Positions 1 to 9,989 of a DNA stretch of 64,000 nucleotides are shown here, piece after piece. Position numbers and translations under genes: made by a program. Location of the stretch: the sequence record NC_061449.1. One strand, 5' to 3'. Below the pieces are notes generated by a model. That model was given only the letters and a program-made list of their open reading frames with translations, was not told where the DNA came from and ran no database searches. Position 1 is the stretch's first letter. Every line of letters begins with the position of its first letter.

Positions 1-1509
1 ATGGAAATGTTTTCGCTTGGCCTTGAAGTTAGGGCCATTCGAACAGTAACGAACCCAAAGATTAAGGAAGCATACAGGACGGCCATGATGGGCCGTCTTG
101 GCGTTTCTCACTTTAGTTCGGAAGTCACGCGCAAAGCATTCCGCCGCATAACTAAGCTGGTGGAAGTTAAGAGCGAAATAATTGAATGGGATGACTTGTT
201 GGAAGATCCTAACCTGAGCGAGGAGTTCAGGGATAGTCTGCGTGAGGCAGAGGAAACACCAGCGAAGACCATGAAGGGGTTCGATAAGATCTACGACAGT
301 CTGGAGAAGTATCGCCAGCGTCGTGATATCATGAACCTGGGTAAGATGATTGCCAAAGACTTCGGGGAAGCTGACCCGGAAGAGTTTGACGAGCAGACGT
401 ATATGCAAGAGCTGGCAGATAAGCTCGGGCAAGCGCAGCGTGGCACACGAACGACAGAGAAAGTCTGGACGTTTGGTGGCAAGAAGTCGAACGCAACCAA
501 GTTAGCGAAGCAGGTAATCACTAACCCGAAAGAAGTGATGTACAAGACTGGCTTCACAAGCTACGACAAAAAGAACGGCGGTTGGCCGACTACTGGCGTG
601 GTGTTGTTAGCTGGTTCAACGTCCGGCGGTAAGTCTGTGTTGTCGATGAACATCGCAGACCGCATGGCAAAGATCAATGGCATTCACTGTCTCAAGGTCA
701 CTCTCGAAATGACCGCCGAGCAGGAAATGAAGCGTATGCTGTCCATGATCAGTGGCATCGACTTCTGGAAGATCAAGCAAGGCAAACTCTCGCAGCGTGA
801 GCAGAAAGAACTGCTGAAAGCCGCGAAGAAGTACGACAAGCTCATGAGCAAGTCGAAGGGCCGTAACTCGTTCACCTCACCTGAGCGCGGCATGTCGATT
901 GATGACGTTCTGTATATGTCGATTCCATATGGCGTACACGTAACTTTCATCGACTACGTTGGTCTGCTTGAAGGTATCGACAACGACAACCAGTGGCGCG
1001 AGCTGTCTACAGTTGTTCGTAAAGCGAAAGTACACGCGTCAGCAACAGGTCAGCTTGTTGTTATCCTGTGTCAGCTTGATGATCAGTCTGGACGTATTCG
1101 TTACTCTGGCGGTATGCGTGAGCACGCCGACGTTGTATGGGCATGGAACTACTCTGACCCAGAAGTGCGTGAAGGTAAAATCATTCCTGTTCAGGTAATG
1201 AAAGCGCGTGATGGTGAGCTGTTCGAGATGCCTCTGAAAGACGTGTTTGAGAAAATGCGTGTTGAAGATGCAGAAGAAGGCACAGAAGTTCCGAAATCGA
1301 AAGCTATCTCTGCTGATGATATGGAGGGTGGCGGAGAGTCCAAGAAGAAATTCGGAAAAGGTAATTTCAAGAAGAAGGATAAGATTGAGATTAAGAAGTC
1401 TCGTCGTGGCGCTGCTGCGTTCCTCAATTCAGGCAACGATAGCGATGACGACGATGATGACGACCTACCGAAGAAAAAGAAAAAGCGTAAGTCGTATGAC
1501 GTAGCTTAG
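1..1509 (+). CDS. DnaB-like replicative helicase (SF4); true start may lie at or before the window edge
   Basis: Walker A GSTSGGKS, 'TLEM' motif, Walker B FIDYVGLL, 'LCQL', 'SGGMREHADVV'; Lys/Asp-rich low-complexity C-tail. Confidence 0.85.
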   Translation: MEMFSLGLEVRAIRTVTNPKIKEAYRTAMMGRLGVSHFSSEVTRKAFRRITKLVEVKSEIIEWDDLLEDPNLSEEFRDSLREAEETPAKTMKGFDKIYDSLEKYRQRRDIMNLGKMIAKDFGEADPEEFDEQTYMQELADKLGQAQRGTRTTEKVWTFGGKKSNATKLAKQVITNPKEVMYKTGFTSYDKKNGGWPTTGVVLLAGSTSGGKSVLSMNIADRMAKINGIHCLKVTLEMTAEQEMKRMLSMISGIDFWKIKQGKLSQREQKELLKAAKKYDKLMSKSKGRNSFTSPERGMSIDDVLYMSIPYGVHVTFIDYVGLLEGIDNDNQWRELSTVVRKAKVHASATGQLVVILCQLDDQSGRIRYSGGMREHADVVWAWNYSDPEVREGKIIPVQVMKARDGELFEMPLKDVFEKMRVEDAEEGTEVPKSKAISADDMEGGGESKKKFGKGNFKKKDKIEIKKSRRGAAAFLNSGNDSDDDDDDDLPKKKKKRKSYDVA

Positions 1510-1517
1510 GAGTCTTC

Positions 1518-1760
1518 ATGGACAATATCGAATGGCTCGTCTTTGATGACGAAGCCCGTAATAACATAGACAAGGATTATGTCTATCACGTTCGCACCAA
1601 GGAGGGTGCTGAACTCTCTGGCATGTACCCTAATGGCAACGGGTTCCACTGTCAGAATCCAGGCGAACCTAATCGTACTGATATGAGTGACGTTTCTCAC
1701 TATGCAGTGCAGATGACGTTCGACGATCACGCCGACAAGTACGTGTTCAAACGTGAGTAA
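1518..1760 (+). CDS. hypothetical protein
   Basis: 80-aa ORF, AGGAG RBS upstream, tight packing. Confidence 0.6.
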   Translation: MDNIEWLVFDDEARNNIDKDYVYHVRTKEGAELSGMYPNGNGFHCQNPGEPNRTDMSDVSHYAVQMTFDDHADKYVFKRE

Positions 1761-2556
1761 GCGTTACGAAGGTCCGTACGGACTCGTCGAGTCCGACAAC
1801 ATGGTTCCTCGCTGGACGTACCCTGTTAAGCATGGACAGATACGCCGAGTAGAAGCGTGGGAACTTGATACAATGCCAAACACCACTATGCGTGTGCGTA
1901 TGGTGAATGACATTCATGCAATCCACAGTACACCTGTAGAGGAACACGATGACGACTCACTCGACCTCGACGAAGAAGCCGCAGCGATCTCAAAAACTGA
2001 GTCCCGACTTCTTATCAAGCCTCGACTCAATGAAGTCCGTTCCCGTAAAAATAAAGACCACGTTGGTCCAGAAAACGTCTTCACAGTCCCAGCCGAAGTA
2101 ATCGACGGTACACTGGACAGTGTTGACGAACACGCGCAGACGTTCCGTGACTATCTGCTGCATCAGGTATTCAGCCCGATACTTGGGTTTGATATTGCAG
2201 CCGGTGAAGTAGAAGCGATCTCGAAAGACTGCCTCAAAACAGACCTAGAGATTGACAGTGAGCTTGTGCCTTATATTGAGCGCGTAGGGCTTGCTAACAT
2301 CATCGGTGTGATGCTGTCTAAGTCGCAGTCAGTGCCTGAGTCTGTGCGCAGTGATGTGCTGAAAGACTGGCTAATCAAATCGTTTGATGACGTGCGAGCA
2401 GAGCACAAAGCGAAGACAGGCAGTAATACGTTACGTGCCCAACTTCGTCGCTTGATGCACGGTAACGACGAGCTGGTTGCTAAAGGTGCTGGCATAGGTA
2501 CAACCCGCGGATTTACTGAATACAGGAAGAAGCAGAACGAGAATGGCCAAGCCTAA
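1753..2556 (+). CDS. hypothetical protein (position would fit terminase small subunit)
   Basis: 267-aa ORF overlapping the terminase large subunit start; function inferred from position only. Confidence 0.55.
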   Translation: MSKRYEGPYGLVESDNMVPRWTYPVKHGQIRRVEAWELDTMPNTTMRVRMVNDIHAIHSTPVEEHDDDSLDLDEEAAAISKTESRLLIKPRLNEVRSRKNKDHVGPENVFTVPAEVIDGTLDSVDEHAQTFRDYLLHQVFSPILGFDIAAGEVEAISKDCLKTDLEIDSELVPYIERVGLANIIGVMLSKSQSVPESVRSDVLKDWLIKSFDDVRAEHKAKTGSNTLRAQLRRLMHGNDELVAKGAGIGTTRGFTEYRKKQNENGQA

Positions 2557-5371
2557 AAAAGGCCCAGCATTCACGATACGTCCGAAACGAATAGCTGCAT
2601 TCGATGCGCTGCTTGGTGACGACGTTAAGGCGGATGCCGCATCCGATATGGATTTCTTATCGGAGAATAGTTCGAGTGGGATTAACTTTCTCGAAAAGGG
2701 CGAGGTTAACATTGTTGACCTCGTTGAAGGTGCTTTAGAACAACGCACACTTGTGCCGCGTGATTTGAAGTTTGATGACAGTTCGATGCCCCGCGCCAAG
2801 AACTTCCTTGAGTGGTGTACTAGTCCAGACTTCTTAAAAGCCGACCCGTATCTCGAACAGGCCATGATTGGTCTGCGCTTGTTTGGTGAGATCTGCGTTA
2901 AGTGCTCACCGAACTTGCAATGGATGTACACTGAAAACCATGAGCCACAAGAAACGACAGCCGCGATAGAGACACACTTACACCTACTGCATAACGGTGT
3001 GTGCCCTCATTGCGGCGCTCGTCGTTCTGAGATGATTCGCAGAAAAGAGATGAACTTCTACAACGAGCTGGCTGTGAACGCCGGACAGCGTTGTGTGATT
3101 GCTTCAACTCCTGTGTTGACCTCTCGTGGTATCATGCCTATCGGACACATGATGATTGGTCATGACAGTCCTGGATTCCATAAGCCGCAGCGTAACTTCA
3201 ATGCGCACAACGGCCGTGAGATCAAGAACGTCAGCCAAGTCTACGTGTCAGATGAAGCACCAACCAAAGTCGTCACGCTCGCTAATGGCATGTGGATTGA
3301 AGCAACTCATGAGCACCCTGTGCGCACTGAGCAAGGCTTTAAGAAAGTGTCTAAGCTGCGTGGCGGTGAGCGTATCGAAATCAAACTCGGTACGAACTCG
3401 TGGGGCAAGATACAGCGTCCAGTCTCTATCTATGATGCTGGTCTATCTACGCGAGAAGAAGCGCTGCGTTATATTGCTGAACGTAGTGTGCCTCTTGGCG
3501 AAAAGATGCAGTACGTTACCGAAGACCCAGACGCACTTCAAATGGTGTGGTCGATTCTAATCAACGCTGGCCACATGCCGCAGATCGTTCACGGTACGCG
3601 CATGTGGAGCTTGGTGTATGACTTGACTGAACAACCCGAGTGCCGTTCTGTTCACGTCGAGGTAATCTCCGTTGATGATGGTACGCCGCAGGTCACGTAT
3701 GACTTGCAGATGGAAGGACTGCCGCAGTTCGTTGCGTCCGGCCTTGTGCATCACAACAGCGGGAAGTCGGTTGTAGTAGCGATGATCTCGACCTATCTGA
3801 CGCACAGACTGCTTATGTCGCAGTCGCCTACCGGCATCTTGGGCATCGACAGCACAACCGTATTGCACGGTACGTTCGTTGCCCTGACACAGAAGCAAGC
3901 GTCTGATACACTCTGGACTCCGTACTTCAACTACATCATGGGTAGTCCGTGGTTCCAAGCATATCATGATCTGATTCGCAAACACGAACGCCGTTACGGC
4001 ATCGAGGTGATGAAGATTCGTGATACGTTCGTTCTGTACGGACACAGGAACTTCGTTATCTACCCTGCCGGGCCTGATGGTCGTATTCTTCGTGGTCGAA
4101 CCCGTGTACTTGCGGTAATCGACGAAGTGGCGTATTTCGATAACGACGCCCAATCCAAGAAGATCAAAGTCAGTGCTGGTGCTGTGTACGGTGCACTTGA
4201 CCGTTCACTTGCAACTGTTCGTTCTGCCGAGATGCGGCAAGTCGAATCTGGTTATGATGAAGCATTCACGGGATATTTCTGTAACATCAGTAGTCCAGTT
4301 CACGCCCGTGATAAGATTAACGAATTGCTTCGTATGTCAGTAGGCTCTGAGAAGCTGCTGGGTATTCATGCTCCTACATGGAAGATGAACCCGACAATGC
4401 CTCGCACCTCTGAGTTCTTAGTCGAAGCGTTTCGTCGTGACCCGGTAGGTGCAGCCCGAGATTACGGAGCAGAAGCACCGTTGTCAGCTAACCCATTCAT
4501 CACGCAGCCTACGTTTATCTCAGATGCTATACGTGAGAAAGGTCGTTCGATGTGTACTTATACCCACCACATCATTCGACACAAAGACGGTGAACGCCAG
4601 CGCTATGGTAGTCTCGTCAAAGCGGCAACGACAACCAAAGCGTCGATACTTGCAATTGACGCAGGCTTCTCGAACAACAGCTTCGCACTCGTTACAGGCT
4701 CACGCGATGAAGCCGGTATTATCAGTGTCGATTGTCTGGTAGAGATCGTACCGAAGCCTGGCATCCCTCTGAACTACACCCTCATATTTGACGAGCTATT
4801 GATTCCGCTATGTCGTGCGCGTAACGTCCGCGTAATGCTTGCTGACCAGTGGCAGTCACTCAAGTTGTTGCAGGATGCAAAACTGAAAGTGGATTCCATT
4901 GAGGAGTCCGACCAGTACAGCTTGAAGTATCAGGATATGTGGACTGTTAAGACGATGTTCGAATCGCAGCCTAGTCGTATCAGTCTGCCTCGAATGACTC
5001 ACGCGAAAACTATCGCTGACACGTTGAAATACGACGGCGATGAATACCCTCAGTGCTTCGAGAACAAACCAACAGAGCACTTGATCATGCAGTTGCAGAC
5101 TGTGCAAGATACAGGCCGCAGCGTAATCAAGAACACAGGGGCAACCGATGACTTGTGGCGAGCAATGGCACTCATGGTCTACGGATTTGAGTGTGGTGAG
5201 TACGACGAGTATCTGACGAAAGCGCCAGAAGTCTCAGTCAACCGTGACCCGAATCGCTTGGGTCGCGTAGCGCATAGACTCAACTCAGGCTCTGCTGGTA
5301 GTTCACGACAGGCGCTCACTGGTGGTCGAGTTCTTGGTTCTGCTCGCACTCGAATGATTGGCCGTAAATAA
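2543..5371 (+). CDS. terL: terminase large subunit, intein-containing
   Basis: After removing the intein, Walker A reads NAGQR-SGKS; Walker B VIDEVAYF; nuclease motif LAIDAGFSNNSF; C-terminal DDLWRA; CxxC pairs in the N-terminal part. Confidence 0.85.
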   Translation: MAKPKKGPAFTIRPKRIAAFDALLGDDVKADAASDMDFLSENSSSGINFLEKGEVNIVDLVEGALEQRTLVPRDLKFDDSSMPRAKNFLEWCTSPDFLKADPYLEQAMIGLRLFGEICVKCSPNLQWMYTENHEPQETTAAIETHLHLLHNGVCPHCGARRSEMIRRKEMNFYNELAVNAGQRCVIASTPVLTSRGIMPIGHMMIGHDSPGFHKPQRNFNAHNGREIKNVSQVYVSDEAPTKVVTLANGMWIEATHEHPVRTEQGFKKVSKLRGGERIEIKLGTNSWGKIQRPVSIYDAGLSTREEALRYIAERSVPLGEKMQYVTEDPDALQMVWSILINAGHMPQIVHGTRMWSLVYDLTEQPECRSVHVEVISVDDGTPQVTYDLQMEGLPQFVASGLVHHNSGKSVVVAMISTYLTHRLLMSQSPTGILGIDSTTVLHGTFVALTQKQASDTLWTPYFNYIMGSPWFQAYHDLIRKHERRYGIEVMKIRDTFVLYGHRNFVIYPAGPDGRILRGRTRVLAVIDEVAYFDNDAQSKKIKVSAGAVYGALDRSLATVRSAEMRQVESGYDEAFTGYFCNISSPVHARDKINELLRMSVGSEKLLGIHAPTWKMNPTMPRTSEFLVEAFRRDPVGAARDYGAEAPLSANPFITQPTFISDAIREKGRSMCTYTHHIIRHKDGERQRYGSLVKAATTTKASILAIDAGFSNNSFALVTGSRDEAGIISVDCLVEIVPKPGIPLNYTLIFDELLIPLCRARNVRVMLADQWQSLKLLQDAKLKVDSIEESDQYSLKYQDMWTVKTMFESQPSRISLPRMTHAKTIADTLKYDGDEYPQCFENKPTEHLIMQLQTVQDTGRSVIKNTGATDDLWRAMALMVYGFECGEYDEYLTKAPEVSVNRDPNRLGRVAHRLNSGSAGSSRQALTGGRVLGSARTRMIGRK
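3092..3757 (+). mobile_element. intein (222 aa, mini or degenerate endonuclease) in the terminase Walker A motif
   Basis: Starts CVIASTPVLT (block A), block B ATHEHPV, ends GLVHHN followed by Ser +1. Confidence 0.9.
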
Positions 5372-5414
5372 AAAGCTAATTTAGACGAGACAAGTTATTA
5401 CGAGGAATAAGATC

Positions 5415-5630
5415 ATGAGTAAGCACTACAACCCGTTGCTGAACAACAACTCTGTAAAGTCAGAGTCAAGCGCTACACAGGTGGACAGTACGAGTGCCGC
5501 GTTCGTAGTTGAAAGCGCTAACGTCTGTCCTAAGTGCAGTTCTTCTACAGTGCCGACACAATTGCTCTCAGGTGAGGGTGTTATGTTTTGCACTAGCTGC
5601 CGCGTGAGTCTCGCAATCCCTTTGAAGTGA
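5415..5630 (+). CDS. small zinc-ribbon protein
   Basis: CPKC…CTSC pairs, GAGG RBS. Confidence 0.65.
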   Translation: MSKHYNPLLNNNSVKSESSATQVDSTSAAFVVESANVCPKCSSSTVPTQLLSGEGVMFCTSCRVSLAIPLK

Positions 5631-5637
5631 GGTAAAG

Positions 5638-7572
5638 ATGGGTATTCAGGTTGGTCGTCGTCAACTGGGCGGCGCACCCCAAGAGCCTGCGAAGAAGAAA
5701 CAAAGTTCTCTCGGAGCAGCCTCTTTACCACGCGAGATAGGCAAAGCAATCCGCAGTGAGAGTTCGCGTCGTCACACAGACTTCGTATCTCAATCTGCGG
5801 GTGGCGCAGGAATGGCTGCCGGTAATATGCAAATTGGTACCGTGCCTCTTGATATCGACTTAGAGCCGATGATGGAAGGTATGGACTATGATGCTGACGA
5901 CCGACAGCTATTCAACGTCTACCGCGATATGTATCACTTCGACCCAATCTGCGGTTCATACGTAGACTTGTTCTCAACGCTGCCATTCTCCGATGTGAGT
6001 TTCAGTGGCGCGAAGGACAGTGTGCTTGAGCCGTATTACGAAGTGAACGAACGTCTGTCACTGACCACCAGTATGCCGAACATCACGACTGATATTCAGG
6101 TTACTGGCGCGTTCGTTGGCAGTATGATCTACAACAAAGACCGTAAGAAGTTCATTGACCTGATGACGCACCGTTACGACAACATCGACGTAACGCCACT
6201 GCCGTTTATCAGTCAGGACCCAATGTTTGAGCTGCGCATCCCTCAGTATGTGAAGTCTGCTTTCGCTAAAGAAGGTAAACGTATTGACGCGCTGAAAAAA
6301 GAGCTGGGCAGTGGGTTCGTTGATAAGTTGATGAACGACACGACGATGGAACTCGATCCCATCGGCACAATCTACATTCCACGTAAGACGTTCAGCTTCG
6401 GCGAGGGTATCTCGGTGTTACGCCGTGTGCTGCCGATCTGGCTGATCGAAAAGAACCTGTATCGTGGTACGCTGATTGAGTCTGGTCGTCGTCAACGCGG
6501 TATCTTACATGCCCAGCTGGGTGATGGTGATCAGTGGGAACCGTCGCAAGAAGAAATGGACTTTATGACCGACCTTCTTCTGTCTGCGGATAGTGACCCG
6601 ATTGGATCTATCATCACAACGCGTCTGGGTGTGAACATCAGTGAGTTCCGTCAAGGCGGTGACTTCTGGAAGATTACGGACATCTGGGACCAGACTGCTC
6701 AATTCAAAATGCGAGCTATGGGTATCAGTGAGGCCTTCCTTAGCGGTGAAGCGAACTATGACTCGGGTGCTGCTGGCCTGACGATTTTCGTTGAAGCGAT
6801 GCGAGCGTTCCGTGATCATCTGACGCGTAAAGTCTACTACGAGAAAGTCTTCCCTCTTATCAGTATGATGAACGGCCTTGCTGTTCAACGTAACGGTAAG
6901 ATCATCAAGAAGAACAATCTCATGGAAGGCGGCCTGACCGAAGTAATGTACAAACTGAATGACGGTAGCAAACTGTTTATTCCGAACGTGCATTGGTCTA
7001 AGCAACTGCGTCCTGATGTTGACCAAGCGATGATGGAAAACTTACGTGCGATGACTGAACTGGGTGTTCCGGTTCCATTACGTGCAATCGCTGCGGCTGG
7101 CGGGTACAACTTCGACCAGATTCTTATGGATCAGGATGAAGACCTCGCAATGCGTCGCAAGCTGATGGCGTATCGCAAACGTCAGTCTGAAATCGACGCC
7201 GAGTTCGCTCCGCCTGAACCTGGTGCTGGTGGTGAGGGTGATAGCTTTAGCTCGACCAGTAGCCTGTCTGCTGATCTGAAGCGTCGCCGTCGTCACGTAG
7301 CGGGCATTGGTCTATCGTCTGCCGTTCTCGGTGGTGAGCCGCGTAAGCTGCTTAATCGAGACTGGGGTGAGCGTTCTGAAATCTTCGAACTGTCCAAGAC
7401 AGGCAAGAAGAAGCACGTCTTCCGTCAGTCTGTCGCTAACTCAAAAGCTAACGACCAGATCTGGAAAGCGGCGAAGAACTACGAAGCCAACAAAACGATG
7501 CCTCTTGACAACGGCAAGGTGTCATTCCAGCCGACTGCTCATGAGCTTCGTGCAATGTCGAGAATCCGTTAA
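5638..7572 (+). CDS. probable portal protein
   Basis: 644 aa, just downstream of terminase; RRQRGILHAQLG resembles the T4 gp20-type clip region; helical character. Confidence 0.6.
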   Translation: MGIQVGRRQLGGAPQEPAKKKQSSLGAASLPREIGKAIRSESSRRHTDFVSQSAGGAGMAAGNMQIGTVPLDIDLEPMMEGMDYDADDRQLFNVYRDMYHFDPICGSYVDLFSTLPFSDVSFSGAKDSVLEPYYEVNERLSLTTSMPNITTDIQVTGAFVGSMIYNKDRKKFIDLMTHRYDNIDVTPLPFISQDPMFELRIPQYVKSAFAKEGKRIDALKKELGSGFVDKLMNDTTMELDPIGTIYIPRKTFSFGEGISVLRRVLPIWLIEKNLYRGTLIESGRRQRGILHAQLGDGDQWEPSQEEMDFMTDLLLSADSDPIGSIITTRLGVNISEFRQGGDFWKITDIWDQTAQFKMRAMGISEAFLSGEANYDSGAAGLTIFVEAMRAFRDHLTRKVYYEKVFPLISMMNGLAVQRNGKIIKKNNLMEGGLTEVMYKLNDGSKLFIPNVHWSKQLRPDVDQAMMENLRAMTELGVPVPLRAIAAAGGYNFDQILMDQDEDLAMRRKLMAYRKRQSEIDAEFAPPEPGAGGEGDSFSSTSSLSADLKRRRRHVAGIGLSSAVLGGEPRKLLNRDWGERSEIFELSKTGKKKHVFRQSVANSKANDQIWKAAKNYEANKTMPLDNGKVSFQPTAHELRAMSRIR

Positions 7573-7907
7573 TGTACAACGTGTCAACGTGTCCAATTGA
7601 CGGTACTGAGAAGGTGGTTGTGTATCGCCACCCTATCTTTACCGATTACGGTTTAGGCTTAAAGATTAATCGCGACGGCGAGATGACAGTTGTAGAATGC
7701 AACATCGTCACTGGCGTAATTGACGGTCAGTCTAAGCTGGAAACCATCACAGATCACAGCGCACCACTTGATGTTCAATTGTGGTGTTTTACGTGTATGG
7801 TGACTCTGCGTGAATCTGTAAATAGACAGAGCCTATCATTAGATGCCTCATTCCCGAATAACGGAGGCATCGTTTATTATAACCAAAATCAGGAGAGTAC
7901 ATCGTGA
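7572..7907 (+). CDS. hypothetical protein
   Basis: ORF overlapping both neighbours (coupled). Confidence 0.55.
   Translation: MYNVSTCPIDGTEKVVVYRHPIFTDYGLGLKINRDGEMTVVECNIVTGVIDGQSKLETITDHSAPLDVQLWCFTCMVTLRESVNRQSLSLDASFPNNGGIVYYNQNQESTS
7816..7824 (+). promoter_or_regulatory. CTGTAAATA motif (putative phage promoter element)
   Basis: Exact copy about 80 nt upstream of ORF 7904. Confidence 0.5.
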
Positions 7908-8290
7908 GTGGATTATTCCCGCATCGCGTTATCGATCAAAAAGAAGGTTTCGTATTCATCGTTCAGCCTGCTGACGACAACGATCCTGATGCAGTAGAAG
8001 CAGCACAGGAAGTTGAAGCCATCCTGGTAGAAGCGTGGCCGACTGCTCCTTCTGAACTGACCGTTGAAAACGTGAAAGACCCAGAAGAAGCAGAACTGAT
8101 CTACGCTGACATTGCGCAACTGCTGGAAGAAGCAGAACGCGAAGAAGCGAAACAGATCGTAATCACCAGCGTCGTTATTGCTGGCAATCTGGCAATCGTC
8201 AACTGTATGCTCACTGGTGAGGATCTGGAAGACGAAGATGAAGACGAAGACGATGATTCCGTTGAAGCCGACGAAGAAGACTTCGATTAA
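7904..8290 (+). CDS. highly acidic hypothetical protein
   Basis: 128 aa, D/E-rich C-terminus, GGAG RBS. Confidence 0.7.
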   Translation: MSGLFPHRVIDQKEGFVFIVQPADDNDPDAVEAAQEVEAILVEAWPTAPSELTVENVKDPEEAELIYADIAQLLEEAEREEAKQIVITSVVIAGNLAIVNCMLTGEDLEDEDEDEDDDSVEADEEDFD

Positions 8291-8299
8291 CGTCTGTCG

Positions 8300-8319
8300 T
8301 GAGGACCTTCGGGTCCTCA
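8300..8319 (+). promoter_or_regulatory. perfect C(UUCG)G hairpin overlapping the RBS/start of the next ORF
   Basis: TGAGGACC-TTCG-GGTCCTCA; the stem contains GAGGA and the A of the ATG at 8319. Confidence 0.7.
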
Positions 8320-8453
8320 TGAATCTAGCCGACGCGAATGTCGCATACGCAGCAAAGTTCCTTACGAACAAGACAGACGATGAAGCCCGTGCTCTGCTTG
8401 CTGCGCTCAAGAACGAGGAAGTAGAATCACTGTATAACTTCTTGGTGGCGTAA
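8319..8453 (+). CDS. small hypothetical protein (44 aa)
   Basis: ATG at 8319 in frame with track ORF 8178..8453; its stop overlaps the next ATG. Confidence 0.55.
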   Translation: MNLADANVAYAAKFLTNKTDDEARALLAALKNEEVESLYNFLVA

Positions 8454-8950
8454 TGGAAACAAATTCAGTGGACGAAAGTCCTAATAACGCAAGGCATCGC
8501 ATCTTCTTTAAGCAGCCGAAACGAGTCCCTCCCTTCGATACAGCTTTCGTTCGTTCCTCAAACAAGGAAGGTCTGAAAGTTCTCCTATCGGCTGCTCCTG
8601 AACATTGTCAGATTATTTTGTTTACGGACGGTCCCGGCGCCGCTTACGCCTTGAAACGCCTCTTTAAGCGCAACTTCAAACTCTGTTCGCAAGCTCCACA
8701 ACTTGACCTTAGGACACTTACGTTCACCGGTCAGGTCGTTCTACAGTTCGTTCGCGGTGGTGCAGTCGTAGACCCACTCGCTCGTTACTTCTGCGCTGGT
8801 GATAGCTATCTGCATGAGCTTGCCCAGACGACGAAGATTGCCGAAGTCGATACAGACACGATTGATATGTTCTGTTGCGGCTTAGGGTTTCATCGTGCGT
8901 TACGTGAGCGTGGTCGAGGTCGTTCTCTCGTATTCGCGGAGGAACAATGA
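8453..8950 (+). CDS. hypothetical protein
   Basis: 165-aa coupled ORF. Confidence 0.6.
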   Translation: METNSVDESPNNARHRIFFKQPKRVPPFDTAFVRSSNKEGLKVLLSAAPEHCQIILFTDGPGAAYALKRLFKRNFKLCSQAPQLDLRTLTFTGQVVLQFVRGGAVVDPLARYFCAGDSYLHELAQTTKIAEVDTDTIDMFCCGLGFHRALRERGRGRSLVFAEEQ

Positions 8951-9978
8951 GTGGTAGATCGTTTGCCAGTATAGGGAAAACCCCTACACCCGGCTCAGTA
9001 CCAAAGATGAAGATCAAGTACGGCAAGAAGCCGATGCTTCACGTTGTTGATGCGTCGAACTGGATGTGTCGTGCTTACTTCGCTACGCAGAAAAGTCCTA
9101 CGTATGCAAAAGACGGTACGCCGACTTATGGCCTGCGCCAGTTCCTGTATATGGTTAAGGACCTGATTGATATTGCTGCGAAAGACCCGAACGGTGCGTA
9201 TCTCGCTTTTTGCTTCGACCCAAGCTCAAGCGATACGTGGCGTTATCGTGCAATTCAACAATGGGCTGCTGAACACAAGAAGAAATACATTCGTCAGGTG
9301 TTCAAGAAGTCGAGCGACTACAAGGGTAACCGCGACCGAACTCAGACAGTAGAGCTTGGTCCGCAGATGACTCTTGCGCGTGAGATCTTGCAAATGGCAG
9401 GCTACTACGTAGGGATTAAAAAGCCTTACGAGTGCGATGACCTTGTAGGTACATTGAGCGACCGCTTCAAGCATGACTATCTGATCAAGCTGTATTCGCG
9501 TGATAAAGACTATGTGCAGTTGGTCGATCACAAAAACGTTGAGCTTATCATGCAAGCGCAGTCGAACGCTCCTGAACGCCGCTTCGATTTCAAAACAGCA
9601 CAGGGTTTCTTTGGTGTTCCTGCTGATCGTGTTATTGATATGCTCGCACTCTGCGGAGACGGCGTCGATAACGTTCCAGGCATTCCTGGGCTTGGCGAGA
9701 AGACCTCGATTGAGCTTATCAATAAGTGGGGAGGCGCGTTAGGTATTCGTGACGCTCTGCTCAGTGGTAAGTTGAAATCAAATGCCGGTTGGGCGAAAGC
9801 ACTGACCATGCAAGTACCGGCTATGGATATTGAATTGCAAATGGAGCTTGTAACTATCGACCGTAACGTTCCGTGTTTGCCTCGCAACATCGAAGCGTTC
9901 GCTCCGAGCAGACCAGACATAAAAGCGCTGAAAGCTACTAAGAAGCGCCTGGCTCTGCCTCAACTATTACACGTCTAG
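8947..9978 (+). CDS. 5'-3' exonuclease / flap endonuclease (PolA N-terminal, T4 RNase H-like)
   Basis: VVDASNWMCRAYFA, YKGNR, YECDDLVGTL, SRDKDYVQL, LCGDGVDNVPGIPGLGEKT (helix-hairpin-helix). Confidence 0.92.
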   Translation: MSGRSFASIGKTPTPGSVPKMKIKYGKKPMLHVVDASNWMCRAYFATQKSPTYAKDGTPTYGLRQFLYMVKDLIDIAAKDPNGAYLAFCFDPSSSDTWRYRAIQQWAAEHKKKYIRQVFKKSSDYKGNRDRTQTVELGPQMTLAREILQMAGYYVGIKKPYECDDLVGTLSDRFKHDYLIKLYSRDKDYVQLVDHKNVELIMQAQSNAPERRFDFKTAQGFFGVPADRVIDMLALCGDGVDNVPGIPGLGEKTSIELINKWGGALGIRDALLSGKLKSNAGWAKALTMQVPAMDIELQMELVTIDRNVPCLPRNIEAFAPSRPDIKALKATKKRLALPQLLHV

Positions 9979-9989
9979 AAGAGGACAGC

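Noticed and set aside
8220-8290. GAAGAC/GACGAT-like microsatellite stretches (also near 1440-1475 and 40335-40370)
   Set aside because: They simply encode Asp/Glu-rich protein tails
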